Shown here: positions 38,550 through 53,529 of the stretch, piece after piece | Numbering within the stretch: position 1 is the first letter of the stretch | Layout of the letters: each line of letters starts with the position of its first letter | Assembly (NCBI GenBank): GCA_000320545.1 | Contig: ADNK01001145.1 | Span: 1-64,000 of the forward strand | Direction of reading: 5' to 3' | Source of the DNA: Bigelowiella natans CCMP2755 | Lineage: Eukaryota > Protista > Cercozoa | DNA: 64,000 nt | Program-made: the position numbers and the translations under genes | The notes under the pieces: model-generated | The model's input: only the letters and a program-made list of their open reading frames with translations | What the model was told of the DNA's origin: nothing | The model's database searches: none

Positions 38550-39273
38550 TATACATAAATATCATATTCATAGTTAAAATTTTATATGCTCGGGCATGAA
38601 ACAAACACATACACACACGGCACACCATATCCACAGTACAAACACAGTATCCTAGCGCTCAGACATCGAGGAGCTGTCACAACCTCATCAAGCAGCAGAA
38701 TATCAGGCCGCCGCATAAGGACACGAGCAATGGCTATGCGCTGTTTCTGCCCTCCCGACAACCTTGAAGGAATGATAAAAATCACTGAGCTGAGAAGCAT
38801 CATTTTGGATGGGGGGGAGATCCGCATTTATGTGTCCTCACTTCTATGTTCGCTTGTGTAGGAGTCAAAAATACCTTACTCCTCTCTCCCCCACCCGTGT
38901 AGCGTATCCGTCTTCAAATTTTACAATGAAGTTGTGGGCATTGGCCAATCTGCAAGCAACAGCAGCGAGTACGACACATGAACCTCATGCATGTGTCGTT
39001 TGGGTTCTGCCGGTAAAAAGAAGCTCTTTCCGAAAGTGTAGAATCATATTATCATACACACACACACATAAACACGCGCGGCTTTCATCTGTGTCGGTCT
39101 TTAAGCAAGAAATGACGCTGCCAATCTTCAGGCCAGCAGGGCTGCTCAAAGGGGAGAGCTCGTGTCTATCCATCTACCCAATGACGCTATCTTACTTCGC
39201 TGCTCGACGGACATCGTTTGGGTCAGGGTCTTCGATGCCGTAGCTTCAAGAGGATTTCCATCAGATATAAATA

Positions 39274-39321
<48 letters not shown>

Positions 39322-39975
39322 TATACATATGTCTTAAATACGTGTAATTCAAAGACAGACAGGCAAAAAAATAAAAATATGTAAAACATACCCAAAATTG
39401 TACTTTAATGTATATATATATATATATATATATATATTGATTATATTTATATTAAGAATGCTTGTTTGCGTAGCGTAATAGTCATCTAATACTGCTCAAA
39501 ATCACAAAACTCTTTGTTGCAATTTCTTACGCAATATTAGCGAATATCGTCCCAGCAAACAACTGAGTTTCCTGACGAAACACACGCATTTCCGTCAAAA
39601 AAGAAACGATGTCAGTTTTGTATCGTTCCCAGCTTCCCCCCCCCCCCCCTCCCCATTCATCGTGCTGGAATAGCATTGTCGTAGATCGGGGAATATACGC
39701 TATTCATCGTCTGTTTCGTTTTTTGCGTATCATCTCCATTTTTGGCATGTGGGGCTATGGATTTGGATCGTCGCATCACACCACTAATAACCAGTAATAA
39801 TGATAATAGTAGCATATAATGATCAGAGCTGTACTTGCGTTACGACGCCTATTCGGTTGTGCAGGGCCGCGACGTTGAGCGAGTCCATTTCGTTCCCATC
39901 GATCAGAATGCGACCAGACACCTTTTTGGATAGGTAGATAGTAGTAGTAGTAGTAGAAGTAGTAGCAGCAGTAGC

Positions 39976-40010
<35 letters not shown>

Positions 40011-40547
40011 CGGGGAGGGTGGTAGTAGATTAGAAGAGAGGGGAGGAGGAAAGGAGCGAGAAGAAGCAGGGCAGAAGGGGAAAAAGAAGAAGAAATTTAG
40101 AAAAAAAATAGGAGAAACAAAGCGAGAAAAAGACAAATGATCAAATTCCAGCAAAAGAGGGAGAAAATTCTGGAATTCGAGGGCAAGAGTCGGGCTCATA
40201 GTTCTCGCGCTGCAAAACTAAATGAAAGGAGATCTATCTTCTCTAACGAAGGAGGATGAGGAGGAGGAGGAGGAGGATGAGGAGGAGGAGGAGGAAGGCT
40301 CATTCTGATTTCACCGGGTCATAGAAGCGCATCAGCAGCCGTACAACAGTGGATTTCCCTAGGATAGTTTCGGGCTCAGAGCACATATAACAATAAAGAC
40401 ATTAGCTCTAGCTCTCTCTATCTCTCTCTCTCTCTCTTTCTCTCTCTGTGTGTGTGTGTATGTGTGTGTGCGTGTGTATGAATGTGCGAGAAGAACGACC
40501 AAACATGCACACACGCGCGCGCACGCGCACACACACTCACACACACG

Positions 40548-40615
<68 letters not shown>

Positions 40616-41291
40616 AAGAAAGGGAGGGAGGGAAATTAAATCCTTGCTATTCTGAAAAATAGAATCCCATCCTCCCCCCATCTCCCTCCCTCTTGTCGCC
40701 TCTCCCCGAAACATCTTAGCTAAAAGAGACCTCCTCCTGAGGGCCCAACTAGGGCAACGACCTAAATGATTCATTCATCCGACACACACAAACACATAAC
40801 ATTTTATACTAATCATGATCATCTTGCTGTCACTGACTACTCCACATCATCATCCCCCCATCCCCATCCTAATTCGGATACTGACCTCTCCCTTGTTGAT
40901 TGTGAGCGTTAGATCTTTCAGTACGACGTTGTCAGGTCTGTAGTGAGAAGTGCATGTGCAGAAGTGACGACGACGATGATGATGATGACAATGGTGATGA
41001 TGAGGAATTACGTTCACGAAGAAATAGACCACTATTACATAGGATGATCTCGGGCACTAGAAGCAAACATGACGATGTGCGCGTGTGTGTGTATGTGTGT
41101 GTGTGTGTGTGTGTGTATGTGTCCCAGCATCACGAGAAGATTCGCAGCCGGACAAGCAGAGTCTCGCACTGCAATTCCGTGAGACGGCACACCTCATTTG
41201 GTAGTGGAAACCGATGTTTTTCATCTCAATGCTATCCGTGAATTCGGAGAGCTGACGCGACATGAAGGAAACGAAGACCGGAGAAGGAGAT

Positions 41292-41338
<47 letters not shown>

Positions 41339-41793
41339 TTAAAGAAGCACAATCTTCCGTGTAAATCAAAACACGCGAAAAAAACCCACCAAAGTCCCCA
41401 GCTTCATCGGTCACACACACCGAATTAAAAACACACAATATGATGTTCGGCTCTCCGCTGCGTTCTGCACCTTCTTCCCGTCGTTTGTATCGATCTCCGG
41501 AAGGCAGTCCAGGAGCGACACCACGCGCTAGAAGGGCAGCAAAGGATGGAAAGCCAAAGAAAACATCGTTGCGAACAGCAATAGCGACTTGAATAGCATC
41601 ACCATATCTCCATTCACCATCCCAAAAGATCTATATTAGGCCGTAATTCTGACCTGTGCCGCCCCTGCTGCACGTGTGAAGTTGTTCAGCATGCTATTCA
41701 ACGTCTTGTACCTACATATGGAGACAGTCAAAGGTTATCGAACGACAAACAATGCGTTGTTCATCTGCCGAGCTTCTGAGCTAACGTTTCGTG

Positions 41794-41830
<37 letters not shown>

Positions 41831-42028
41831 CGGGTGCGTATTTGGCGAATATTTCGAAATCGAAGCATCCTTCTTGCTTTTTAATGCAGCAACGCGCCGC
41901 CTCCTAACCCACCCGCTGTTGATCATCGCCCAGTACAGTTGGAACGTAACCAGCTCTCTGCACAACGAACAACGTCAGCAAGCACCAGCAGACTAAGAAT
42001 GAGCGTGCCCGCGCGCGCGCGCGCGCGC

Positions 42029-42066
<38 letters not shown>

Positions 42067-43329
42067 AATATTTCATGAAATCTACTCGCACGATTGCATA
42101 AGCTTGCAAAGCCAAATCTCGAACGAAATGGAGTCAGCATTTGACTAACACAAAGTGCATTCGGTTCTCTATGTGATGGCGTCGTAACAAACCCGACGGA
42201 GAGTTGATCGGGCTGCTGCATGGCTACGGTGCCTCCATACCTGCATACAACGAAGCAACAAAAACACAACAACAATAACAACAATAATGACAATAATAAT
42301 TACAACAACAGAGAACAGAGGAGCATTCGCACACAGAATGGAAGTCGTCAGTTGAGGCTGAATTGAAATTTCACTCAAGCATAAACGTTCGATGCCCCTG
42401 CCCCGAGGGATTTCTGGCGTAATCCATAACAATGTGTGCTTCTCCGTACATCAAGATAACATCTCGCCACTTACCACAGAATTAAAGCCCCTGCGCCTAA
42501 ATCCAGGCCGTTTGTGGTCAGATACGTTCCACCGCCAACGATTGCGTCTTTCATGCCCCTGATAGCAACCAGCCGTAGTTAAGTAAACATCGTTCGTAAT
42601 GCTCATTTCATCGGAAGATAAACGACGACGATTTGATTACTTATTGAGTGCTCTTGATGTGGACGACTGGTACTTGCTCCTCTCGAGATGCTAATGTAGC
42701 GATTATTATTCCAATATTTGGTCAAAACTACATTAGAGAAGAGGGAGGCTTCGCATGCAGTAAAAAATGCACTTCCCCCCCGACAAAATAGCAATTAAAG
42801 TGCACAAAATGACCTCCGTCGAGAAAGCCCGAACAGTCCGAATATTGCATATCGCTTCGGTAGCAACCTACACATTCCAACGGCATCCTCAAGGGCGTGC
42901 TCGTTCCGCGACACCGTTTATACATAAAAACATGTGAAAAGGGGATGAAAACTTGTTGCGAGTTGCGGTTTTGTTGTGGTGAGATTGCTTCTAATCCTAC
43001 CGCATTCGCATCGCCCAGGGCCGTCCATATCTCTCGATTTACCACTTTGCTCCAAGACGCGTACATGCCCTGCACAAAGTGCATGAGGATGGCAGGTGAA
43101 ACAGCAATGAACAATGGCACGAGACCAGCGTGCACGCCATCGATCATTAGTGGGTTAGTCCTGTCTTCTGTCTATACCGTGAGATATATAATTGGGCCGA
43201 TTGATGTGAAGGCCAGAATTGACAGCTTCCACGAGGTGTAGAAGCACATCACAAGTCCTCCCACAACCGAAATACACGACGTGATCAGCGAATTCAGCAT
43301 CGTCCTGCAATATGGCAATGTATATTCAC

Positions 43330-43364
<35 letters not shown>

Positions 43365-43884
43365 CGTGTGCGTGTGCGTGCGTGTGCGTGTGCGCGTGCG
43401 TGTTTTGTGTTGTTTGGGGGGTGGGACAAGTTTATTCTTGTATATGTCCATACGTGGCATCGATTCAAATGAATGTGAGCGCAACCTTATAGGAGATACC
43501 ATCGCACCCGCGTCGCTAGTCATCCTACGACGGCAGAAAAACAGAACCAAATGCGGGAAAACCACAACACGCACGGATTATATGAAGAACGATGTTCTTG
43601 ACTTTCAAGGACATCAGGGCTACTTGTCAATAGCACAGCATTCCTCCAAGGCTTGCAGTTCATATCATGACAGAATAGATACCACCGCAGTAGTTGTATT
43701 CTCAGCGAAGGTAGTGTTGTACCCGTCATACCGTGCTGTTAGCTGCCCTGTAGACGTGCAATCGAAGAACGCGATGTCCTGAGATGATAGCGTGACCAAA
43801 AGCACGCCCATCATTTGTGTACATGTTGTGTACTTGGTCGAAGTTCTGACTAGTTTTTACATTGTAATGTGTGTGCTTGTGTGC

Positions 43885-43921
<37 letters not shown>

Positions 43922-43997
43922 TGCGTACCTGTTTGATAATACTGGAAAATATTTGGTTGCGAACGCGAATACCGATTTTCCGCCCCACCTGCGCACG

Positions 43998-44035
<38 letters not shown>

Positions 44036-44588
44036 CCCATCTTACATCACACGAAATGTTTCAGTATGGCCTTTAAGGCCTACAATATTCCTCTAGTTTC
44101 TCTTTGCAAGATTTCTCGTCCTTCAACCTCGCCACAACCCCTGCTCGATCCCCCACCCCCCCCCCCCCCTCACTTACGATGCGGAAGCATGTGTTGCGAA
44201 TCGCCCCAAAGACACCAGTGAGAACTGACAAGCCCTGATGATAGAGTCCACCGAACCGAGTAAACATCGATTACGATGATGATCATGATGATGATGATGA
44301 TGATATGGTGGCAAAAGTGGAAAAAGGAGGGGATGGCGATGACACAAAGCGTTGATGCGGAATACGTTAGATCCGCTACGACACTCGACACTCGCTGATA
44401 TTCTACTTTTTAAGCCATTGGATAGACACGATTGAGGGTTTCTTTCGTGTGTTTTTTGGTGGTTAATGAGTATCTGCACGGCAACAACAACAACAACAAC
44501 GAGTACTCTACCACGAATATGCGAATGTCCATCTCAAATTGGCCCTGTGGATGATACAGAAAGACAACGTCTGTGTGTATTCTGTGCA

Positions 44589-44620
<32 letters not shown>

Positions 44621-47600
44621 AAGAGGGAGAGAAAGAGAATAAGATAGAAAGAGAGAGAGAGAGAGGGAGAGAGAGAGAGGGAGAGGGAGAGGGAGAAAGA
44701 GAGGGAGAAAGAGATAGTAGTCAAGGATGGTTGGAACATGATCAGCTACACATTTAACACCCACTAGCGAAGAACCGAATATAATTCTCACTCTACATCT
44801 CTAATCTGCTGCTTTTGTTGGAGACGTAGTACCCTATCTTTGTCCACGACGCTTTGCACGACAGCCCCTTGATATTTTGGTAAGGCAAGTGTCGCTGCTG
44901 AGCTTATCTGTGCGTTGAGGATAAAATAGAGGGGGGAGGGAATAGAAGTCCTGCCGTCAAACAAGAAAAGGTAGCTGATCTATCCATCTAAGCAGCTCTG
45001 AGATTAATTGCGGTTAAGTGCATAACGAACATAGAAACACAACACACACACTCACACACACACACACACACAACACACACACACACACAAATAACCATAT
45101 ACATACTATACACACACACACACATTATGACGTCCACACGTCGCACGTGATTCAAGAACTCACCGCAAGGCAGACAGTAGCGACCAGTAGCAGCGGCCAT
45201 TCCGGGCGCCCCAGGCCAACCGCCACCATTAGATATGTTCTCGTGTCCATTTCCTCGCCCTTTCGGACAGCATTGATGCTCCGTATATTGCCCCCCCCCT
45301 TCGAGGCGACCTTTTTCCTTTTCCTCGTCCCCTTCGAAGAGGAGGGCGTGTTACTCCGACTTCTAAATCCATGTCTGCTGCTCGCACTACCGCGATCTTT
45401 CCTTTCTCCAACGTCCTCAGCACCCCCTCCCCCCCCTCTTCTAGCGAACTCCTTTTCCTCGACGTAGGCCTTCCCCAGCAGCGCACTCCCCTCCCCTCGT
45501 TCCTTGCTGTCCTCTTTGCCCTCGTTGATCATCGTGCTGGTGCGTCTGGCTCTTTCCCTCTTTTGCTGTTTTTTCAGGTGCTCGCGAAAGCAGAGAACGC
45601 AAGCGTTATATCCCGCCGCGACCTGCCAACCGCCGAAAGAATGAAAACGTTCCAGCACGTCGTTTAATGAGAGAAGGAAGGGGGGGGGGGGAGTAGCGAG
45701 GAGGGTATGGAATTGTAAATTGGTTGATAAAATAGCATGTAATTTCTCTCTCAGGCATGGGAAAACATAGCAAGGAAAGTAATGATGGCAAAATTCGCAG
45801 AATGCAACACGAAGCAAATCGATCTTGCCCTTCCTCTGCATCTTTCAGTTGTTCTGTCTGTCGCTGCCTCTACTGCGGGGTGTAGGCCGCGACGGTGCGT
45901 GCACGCGGTCTACTACTGACTACCCATGCTTTCTCTGTGCGGATGCGGTTACTGCAGTTGGAGCACTTCGATCGATTGGGGAGGGCATAGTTCAGGGGAC
46001 GCGGATGCAGGCTGCGAACGAGTACACCCTTGGTAGTATTATTAGACAGAAAAATAGTTGAGGGTGCTAGCAAGATTAGAACTTGCGCGATTGCATCGAG
46101 TAGTATAGCTGCTACTGGACGGCTCTGGAAAAAGGCTGATGATGAGAGATGTAGAATCGCACCTTCGGCATGACGACAGAGGCTATAGATCACAGCGGTA
46201 GCAGGGAAGGCGGGGGAGGGGGAGGGGGAGGGGGAGGGGATTGGGTTCAGAGTGGAAGGGAGTCAAGAAAGGAAGAATGTATTAATTAGGACAACGTTAG
46301 TTATTATGCAACGGAAAGATGGAAAAGGAACTGCTGAAGCGAGTATGGGTTTGATGAGGCTCTACCGACGAAGTTCTTCGAGCAGATGAAACCCATGTTT
46401 ATGAAGAGAACCGAGACGCTCATCAGCACGCCCTGCGAGCTACCACACCCACGCATTCATTGATTCAATCACTGCCATTATATGAAATATCCCTTTTGAA
46501 AATTGAAGGCGTCTTCTCCGCCCCCCCCCCGCCTCCCCACTCCCCTTTCGATATGGACTGCATTCGATATTGGGGCGGGCGAGGAATAAAAGCTGCTGTG
46601 TCATTGGTGATGTTAGTAGTAGTGGTAGTGGTAGCTATCATACCTCGTATCGGTGAAGTCAAAACAGACGCACTTAATCCCTAAAAATGAGCCAACATGT
46701 TTGAAAAAAAACAGCTGCATATGGGTGAAGATACGAGCAGATGTTATATAGGCGAAAATGTGCTCTGCTGGAGCATTCAGCTTGTGTCGACGTGGGTCTC
46801 ATGATGATTGCATTTCTTCTTACCATTCGAGCGATATGGGGTAAACAAAGCAATTAGGGAATTACTCTCACTGGACACAGTGATGACAGCGCCGTGCTAG
46901 AAAGCACGGCGTATTGCAGGGGGAAATTCATGTTTTGGCTGTATCATGAGAGCTGATGACTCAATGGGGTCAGTTTCAGCACCTGTGTACACGGAAATCG
47001 CTGTGATGATAGTAAAGAGGAGGGCCAGCACCAAGTTACGCTTGATGGATATCTGAGTCTATTTGGCGGCCAAGATCACGGGGCATGGGGGAAGGGGGGG
47101 GGGAGTAGAATTTAGTTTCAATAACTGCATGGTGCTTTCGATTTTTGCACTGCGAGAATACTCTGCACATTGCGGGAAGACATTTTAAGAACAATCACAT
47201 GGGAAAATAAACAAAACAAAAAAGACTAAGAAGAGGAGGGGGTGGCATGAAATTGCAACTGCCTCTTTTCTGTCGTTCTCCGCCTCTAAGTCCTGCTGCG
47301 ACTTGCGATTCCTCGCCCGAGCACCGGGGGAATGAAACAGAACGGAATCGTCATCTCCACTATGCCGCATGGAGTGTTCGGCCCCGCTGCTATCAGCGCC
47401 CAGTTTCGTGTCTCGCACGCCCTTTTCCTCCGCATCCGCATCCTCCTCCTCGCCCTTGCTGTCTAGCAACGTGTACTGCATTCCACCCCCGTTAATGCCG
47501 CCCCCGCCGTTGATTGTTGTAGAAATGTTGGCAGTTCTCTTCGCTTTAGCACGAACCTGTTTCTGCCCTCTATTAAGCAACGATGACGCTGCGCTGCTGC

Positions 47601-49060
47601 TGAATAAGGAATCCCTCGCCCCGCCTCTTCCCTATCAAAAATAGGACAGCAGTTATTTGCCAGGCAGTACTTGACTGTTCGCAGAGGCATCGTCAGAGAC
47701 GCACAATTACGTGGAGCAAAATACCTTTATGGAATCCCCAGCGACAACGTTCGTCAGCGGTCGGTCAGCTTCGCCTTTTACTCTCTCGCCCATCACACGG
47801 TTGCTTTCTTCCTCGAATACGCTCGACGACCTACGCACATATACGCACATCCCAGCACATATATTCAAGCCTGTACGTGTCTGTGGTTGTGGGTGTGGGT
47901 GTGTGTGTGCTCACGCGCGCGCGTGGTTGCTGATATCAATATAGCATTGCTACAGCTTACATAAGAGAGAAGAAGGGAAATGGGGGAAGCAACTCGGTGT
48001 GAGCTACTATTCTAATCTAAAACTAAAAAGAAAGTGTGCGATGTTCAATATAGCATCGCTAGCGGAACCGCAAAAGGATGATGGTCTCCTATCCTACAAA
48101 AGGAAGAGAAAGGGAGAAATTTGTTCTTCTATTAAGGGTTTCGAAAGTTGTTTGGAAAATTAGGATGCCGAGCCCAACTTTTACTCGCAAGGGGAGGCAA
48201 GGGGAGGCTGAATACGTTACTTGAATTTGCAGGCTATAGGAACCAGAATGATAATAGCAATAAGCCGGATGACGTAAGCGATAACAAGATCCGCTATTTG
48301 TTCGAAACAAGAGCACATTTGATAGTGGACGAGGACGGTGATGATTGTGTAAATGATGTGTGGTTAAAGGTAATCCTGACGAGTCCTTTATATGTCTTTC
48401 GGCGTGTCAATGGCCTCCGAAACTCTTCGAAATTTTGGTGAATTAGAGCCTACATTACTCTCACATTCCGATTTCCTCCCCTCAATGGAAACCGTCGTCG
48501 TACCCGTTGAATGCTTGTAGTTCATAATCGCCCTCTCGAAGAAGTGGTCAAGATGAGAGCCAGCATCCTTTCCCTTCCCATCGGTGAAGGCGTAAAGGGT
48601 CAGGACGCAAACTAGGTCGAAAAACATCGCCAGCAGTAGCTTGATCATGTTTCTCTGTTGCTCGGTTTTCTTCCGATCAGTTTTGTCCCCAGAGACAGCT
48701 TCGTCTATGAACAAAAGGCAGTCAGTGTGCTGCGATCAGCAAAACAACCGCGGCGGGGGCACTGAAAACAAGCTGTTACTCAAGTCTACCTGTAAGTGTG
48801 CCCTCCCCACTCTCCGTCCTTGCCCGAACCCGGCCTTTCCTTGCACCTGCCCTTCTAGCCGAAGAGGCGTCCGATGCCATGATTGTTCCGTCTGTGTGCC
48901 GATACCCAGTTCCATCAATTGAATGCGAATGCAGGCGATTTAATCTGTAATGATTTTTCGAAATCAAGTCGCAGGGGAAAATAGCAGTGACCTTTCTCTG
49001 AATCATGGAGGGCGTGGATGAGTTGCCACAAGCCCCATGATCCTTTTCAGGCTGTGCCAT
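37310..49060 (-). CDS. ABC transporter B-family half-transporter (TAP/ABCB10-like) with N-terminal membrane extension, many exons
   Basis: TMD pieces: [54 protein letters not shown] pieces: [89 protein letters not shown]. The termini are approximate. Confidence 0.92.
38023..38138. repeat. ~53-63-bp tandem duplication covering an intron branch point and acceptor of the ABC gene
   Basis: actta(a/t)aatggtgatagtgatattagcaca...aaacagacgc occurs twice in tandem. Confidence 0.85.
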
Positions 49061-49078
49061 CGGAAACGTTCGATCTAC

Positions 49079-49470
49079 GCATGATTGGACAAAAGATGCG
49101 ACAATGCACATGTGTCTGTTGTTTGGGAAGTCGCAATGAACATGAATGAACACATTCGTGCTTGGCTTTCGGCGGTTGGGCGTGTGAACGCGCACGCGCG
49201 CCGTGGCAATTCCCTCATCATCGCATTCACACATGCGTTGGTGTCTGCATGCGTGCTCCTTCCCAGCCCTTGCTTCAGAAGTTGTGGTGTGTGCACGCTC
49301 AAGGTGGACAAGGCCAACTCATTCACTCAGTCAGCCAGCAAGCTAGCAAGTGCTCTGTTGCTCTGTCTAGCTGTGCTTGCATGTGGTGCTCTGCTAGCTA
49401 GCCTGTAGCGATGCCGAGCGATTCAGGCACATCATCTCGGAAAGTGGTGCTGCGGCGGTCTCCTTCAACA
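49079..49470. other. TpA-erased island 2
   Basis: There is no TA from 49079 to 49342. The TAs after that are CTAG (49343, 49367, 49394, 49398) and GTAG (49405). Confidence 0.8.
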
Positions 49471-49707
49471 TTTAGATACCCGTAGACGTGCAAGCCTCGG
49501 ATGAAATGCGAACAGGAAGAAATTTGGCACTGCGCAAAACAAAATAATTGGCGGCACTGCTAGACTGCGCAATGTGTGAATCCAAAAAATGAGTGAAAAC
49601 ATTTCCACGGGCTGCTTTGCTGAAATGCTACCGATTAATTATTGTGTACCTCAGAACAAGACATTGAGGCATCTCAATCACTGCATGTTGCTGTGATTCA
49701 ATGATCG

Positions 49708-49898
49708 CTAAAGCTTGGACTGTGGAATAGTGATGCTAACTGCCTCCGACCCTCCTCCGCGTTTCGCCGAGGCCGCCATTGCTCGCCTGTACCTCCAGAG
49801 GATTTCCGGCTCTTTAATGGCTTCTAAGCTAGGATCTTGCGGAGGAAACGTGCCCTCATGATCGAAGAACACAACCTGAGTGAGCACATAGAAGTAGA

Positions 49899-49930
<32 letters not shown>

Positions 49931-50455
49931 AATGCCTTTTCGGCGACGAATAATCAGCTCTTTCTCCCTTACCCGACCCTCTCATCCGAGCTTTTCTCTT
50001 CTTCCCCCTTCATTCGCGAATCTTCAAATCACCTGAATCGTGATGTCGTCGTGAAGGCGGCGCCTATTCCTTCCCTGCGGCAGTCGCACAAAGTAGTCTA
50101 GAAGGCCAGGGGTCTCACCCCCCAGACCCGAAGACACTGCAGCCGCTGCCAATGCCTACGCGGTATGGAAAATGTATAATGAATGACGAACAATCACCGC
50201 TCTGATGTATCAATGTGTCTCGAAAACCACGCCAACTAAAATATATTTTCAGGCCAGCAGCAAGATGTGCACCGGATAACGGTTGGCAAAACCTACCCCA
50301 CCTTCTTCGTCAGCCAGGTTGCTGCGTTATGGCCTTGCTTGGCGTCAGGGGAGGCATTCAGGAACTCTTGCACACCATCGACAACCTGTACATGAGGTGG
50401 AAATCCAGTCACACAGGAAGACGGTGATGGCTGTGGCCATGGGCCGAACGAATTA

Positions 50456-50502
<47 letters not shown>

Positions 50503-51119
50503 GCAGCTTTGCTGCGCTCACGCAGCTGCAGATTTAGCAAGTACGACTTGCGCGGAGGTTAGATCTTCGAAAAGCCCATCGCATGCCAGTACCAAAAATT
50601 TGTGAGATCTAAAAAGGAAACGGAAGGGTAAGGGGAGTTGGGGGGGAGGTGACTACGGTAGTCGGAACATAAATGGGCAAGGTAGTATTGCAAATCTTGT
50701 TCAACTTTACGAGCCTTCTAAATTTTATTCTACACATCGTGTTCTCGGTACACTCGTCGCTGCTATCGTTGTCGGCTGTGACGGCAGCGGCGATGCTATT
50801 GGCGATGCTATTGTTGTCGTTGTTGTTGCCATTCGCTCTCAGTTTTTTGTACTACTTGTTGAGCGTCCGTTCCGATGTTTCCGGTTCTGCTGTCACGTAC
50901 GGCGCGGTCCAACCCGTCTCTCCTACAGCGTTAAGTAAGCGGGTGAGTATGCAACGATGATGATAGTTGCCGGGCGTGCAGGATGCAATTTGAAAGACTT
51001 TTTTTTTGGCGTCTGGAGCAAGAGAAACAAGTGCAAATGGCTACTATCTTCGAGCGATGAGTTCTGGCAGCCTTGACAAATAGTGAGTGTTTGTACATTT
51101 CGGCCTCTCCCTCTCTCCC

Positions 51120-51170
<51 letters not shown>

Positions 51171-52233
51171 TTCAATGTTTGTTTCTTTTCTCGTACGTAC
51201 GATATCGCTGCACAAGGCGAGGAAACAAGTTGAAGAATTTGTTGGACTTATACCTACAGTTGTCAATCACAGCAGCAGTAATGATGCACAGATCGGGGTG
51301 ATAATTCCTTGAAGGAAACAAATGGTTAATATATAGATATTCAGACATACTTCCCGTCGCCAAACGCTCGCGTGGGTTCCAATCTCCCCTGAGGCAGCAT
51401 CATGCATGCATGCGGCAGAATTAATACCAGCAATCGTTGGTGGAAAGACAATAGCGCGGGTTTGACCCGTTCAGACAAAAGACGATTAGTTGAATGTTAA
51501 GCGGCGGGTCGTTGGAGCGACGGTGGCCGCAGCGCGAAGCTGCAGAGTTGTTGATGAGTGTGGCACCTTAACTCTTGACCGATATATCACATCCATTTCT
51601 CCTGGATGCTCGCGTATCAGCCTCTCCTTCTCTTTCTAAAATGGCGATTGCAAAATAGAGATTTTGGACGAATACACGTTAATTAAGGGTGGTTTCATGT
51701 TTTCTCCTTCTGCATCCCCCCCAAAGGAGGTGAGAGATAGAATGGGGGGCGGAGAGGACGGTTTAGTTGAAAACAGGGAAAGAATGCAAATGAAAGACGG
51801 TTTTCTGTTTAGCTACGTTTGCTCTCCAATTATTATTTCTCGATATACAAAGTATCGCCTTACGGGATTTGTTGCGATTTGATGATCTTCGGTTAACTCG
51901 TCCGCCTTCATCGATCCCTATATGAGATGAGGAAAGGGGGGGGGGGGGGGGGCAACTAGATGTATCAGAAATAGAAGAACAAAAGAACTGGTGAGTGCTA
52001 GCCAACATTGCACGGTTTAAAAGCCATCAAAATGCATCATCAAGAGGTCGCTTCGCGTGCCACCGTGAGGGGTGTAAGGAAGGTAGATTTCCCAAGAATC
52101 GCTCTGCAGTCCCCTGCCCACGCAGTTGTGAGGTTGCTCCCGTCCACATGACAGACAACGGCACACGCGCTGATAAAAGATCCATGTTTACATAATGTGT
52201 AGGTCGCGTAGAAAAGTAGTAGCTTAGTGAATG

Positions 52234-52305
<72 letters not shown>

Positions 52306-53392
52306 CTATACAGTTTATTGAATGCGAATCATCATCGCTAGATCGGCGCCACTTATACACCAGATCGGAATGTCATCCGCTATGTTTTTCTTCTCCCACG
52401 TCCTTCTACTCTGCTACTACTGCACTACGCAGCCAAAAACCCAAACAAAGCTAAATAATACGAAACAACAATAAAATACCCTGCATTTCCATCCCGAAAT
52501 CTCTTGTCCTGTTGCAAGACGAATTTGTCGCGTCGCATTGGATCAACCCGTCGTTCGCACACGGCAGCACACAACACGCCCACACACGCGCAAATGACCA
52601 GCACGGCTACTGTCCTTCCCACGAAACCCCACCATCCCCCCCACCCTCTCCTCCTCCCCGGGCAACAGCGGCCATCATCCAGCAGCATACGGCTACTGCG
52701 AGTGATGATGTGCGAGGCCGAAAGCATGAGAACACCGAAGACCACGCCTACAGCACCGCCTATGGCCAATATGACTGAGACGCTAAGGACACGTTGCAAT
52801 GCCTTCGCGCATATCAGGATCATAACCAGCAGCAGATAGCACCAACCAGCATCCACACTCAACGGCAAAGGCTGTGCGGGTAACATTCAAAGCACCCCAC
52901 AGAGAAAGGGCGTGGAAAAGCAGCAACCTTCCTGCATGTTTTGGCATGGCGTCTATCTCCTCTATCCCCTGCCCGTTCTCAACCCGCCCCGTTCTTCCTT
53001 CCCCCCCCCCCCCCACTACCAGATATGCCATTTGTAGAAATGCGTCGTCTGCCTCGACGAAGGAGGAGGGTGATAGAAGCCTCGTATCACCTGCAAGGAT
53101 GAACTTCGTTGGAAAGGGAATGTATGGTAGTAGCTGGGGTCGCTTGTGGTTCAGGCACTTGACGAATCGACTGTTTTGCCACAACAGAAACACGCCTTTG
53201 ATTGACCTCCGTCATCTTTGGAGAGCCGCTGCTTGAACTCGAGGATGTCAAACAGCTCGTCACGACAAAAGGCGCTAATCACAAAAAAAGAAGAGGAGAA
53301 GAAGAAGAAATAGTAGTAGATGAGTTCGGTACTAGAACTCACAGGAAATTTCATTGTAATTTGTATATGTAAACATAAATATATACATATAT

Positions 53393-53423
<31 letters not shown>

Positions 53424-53493
53424 CGAGGCTGCTCTTCCCTTATTGAAAAGCAGCTCTCCTTGGACATCCTCACCATCATCATCACCACCACAC

Positions 53494-53529
<36 letters not shown>

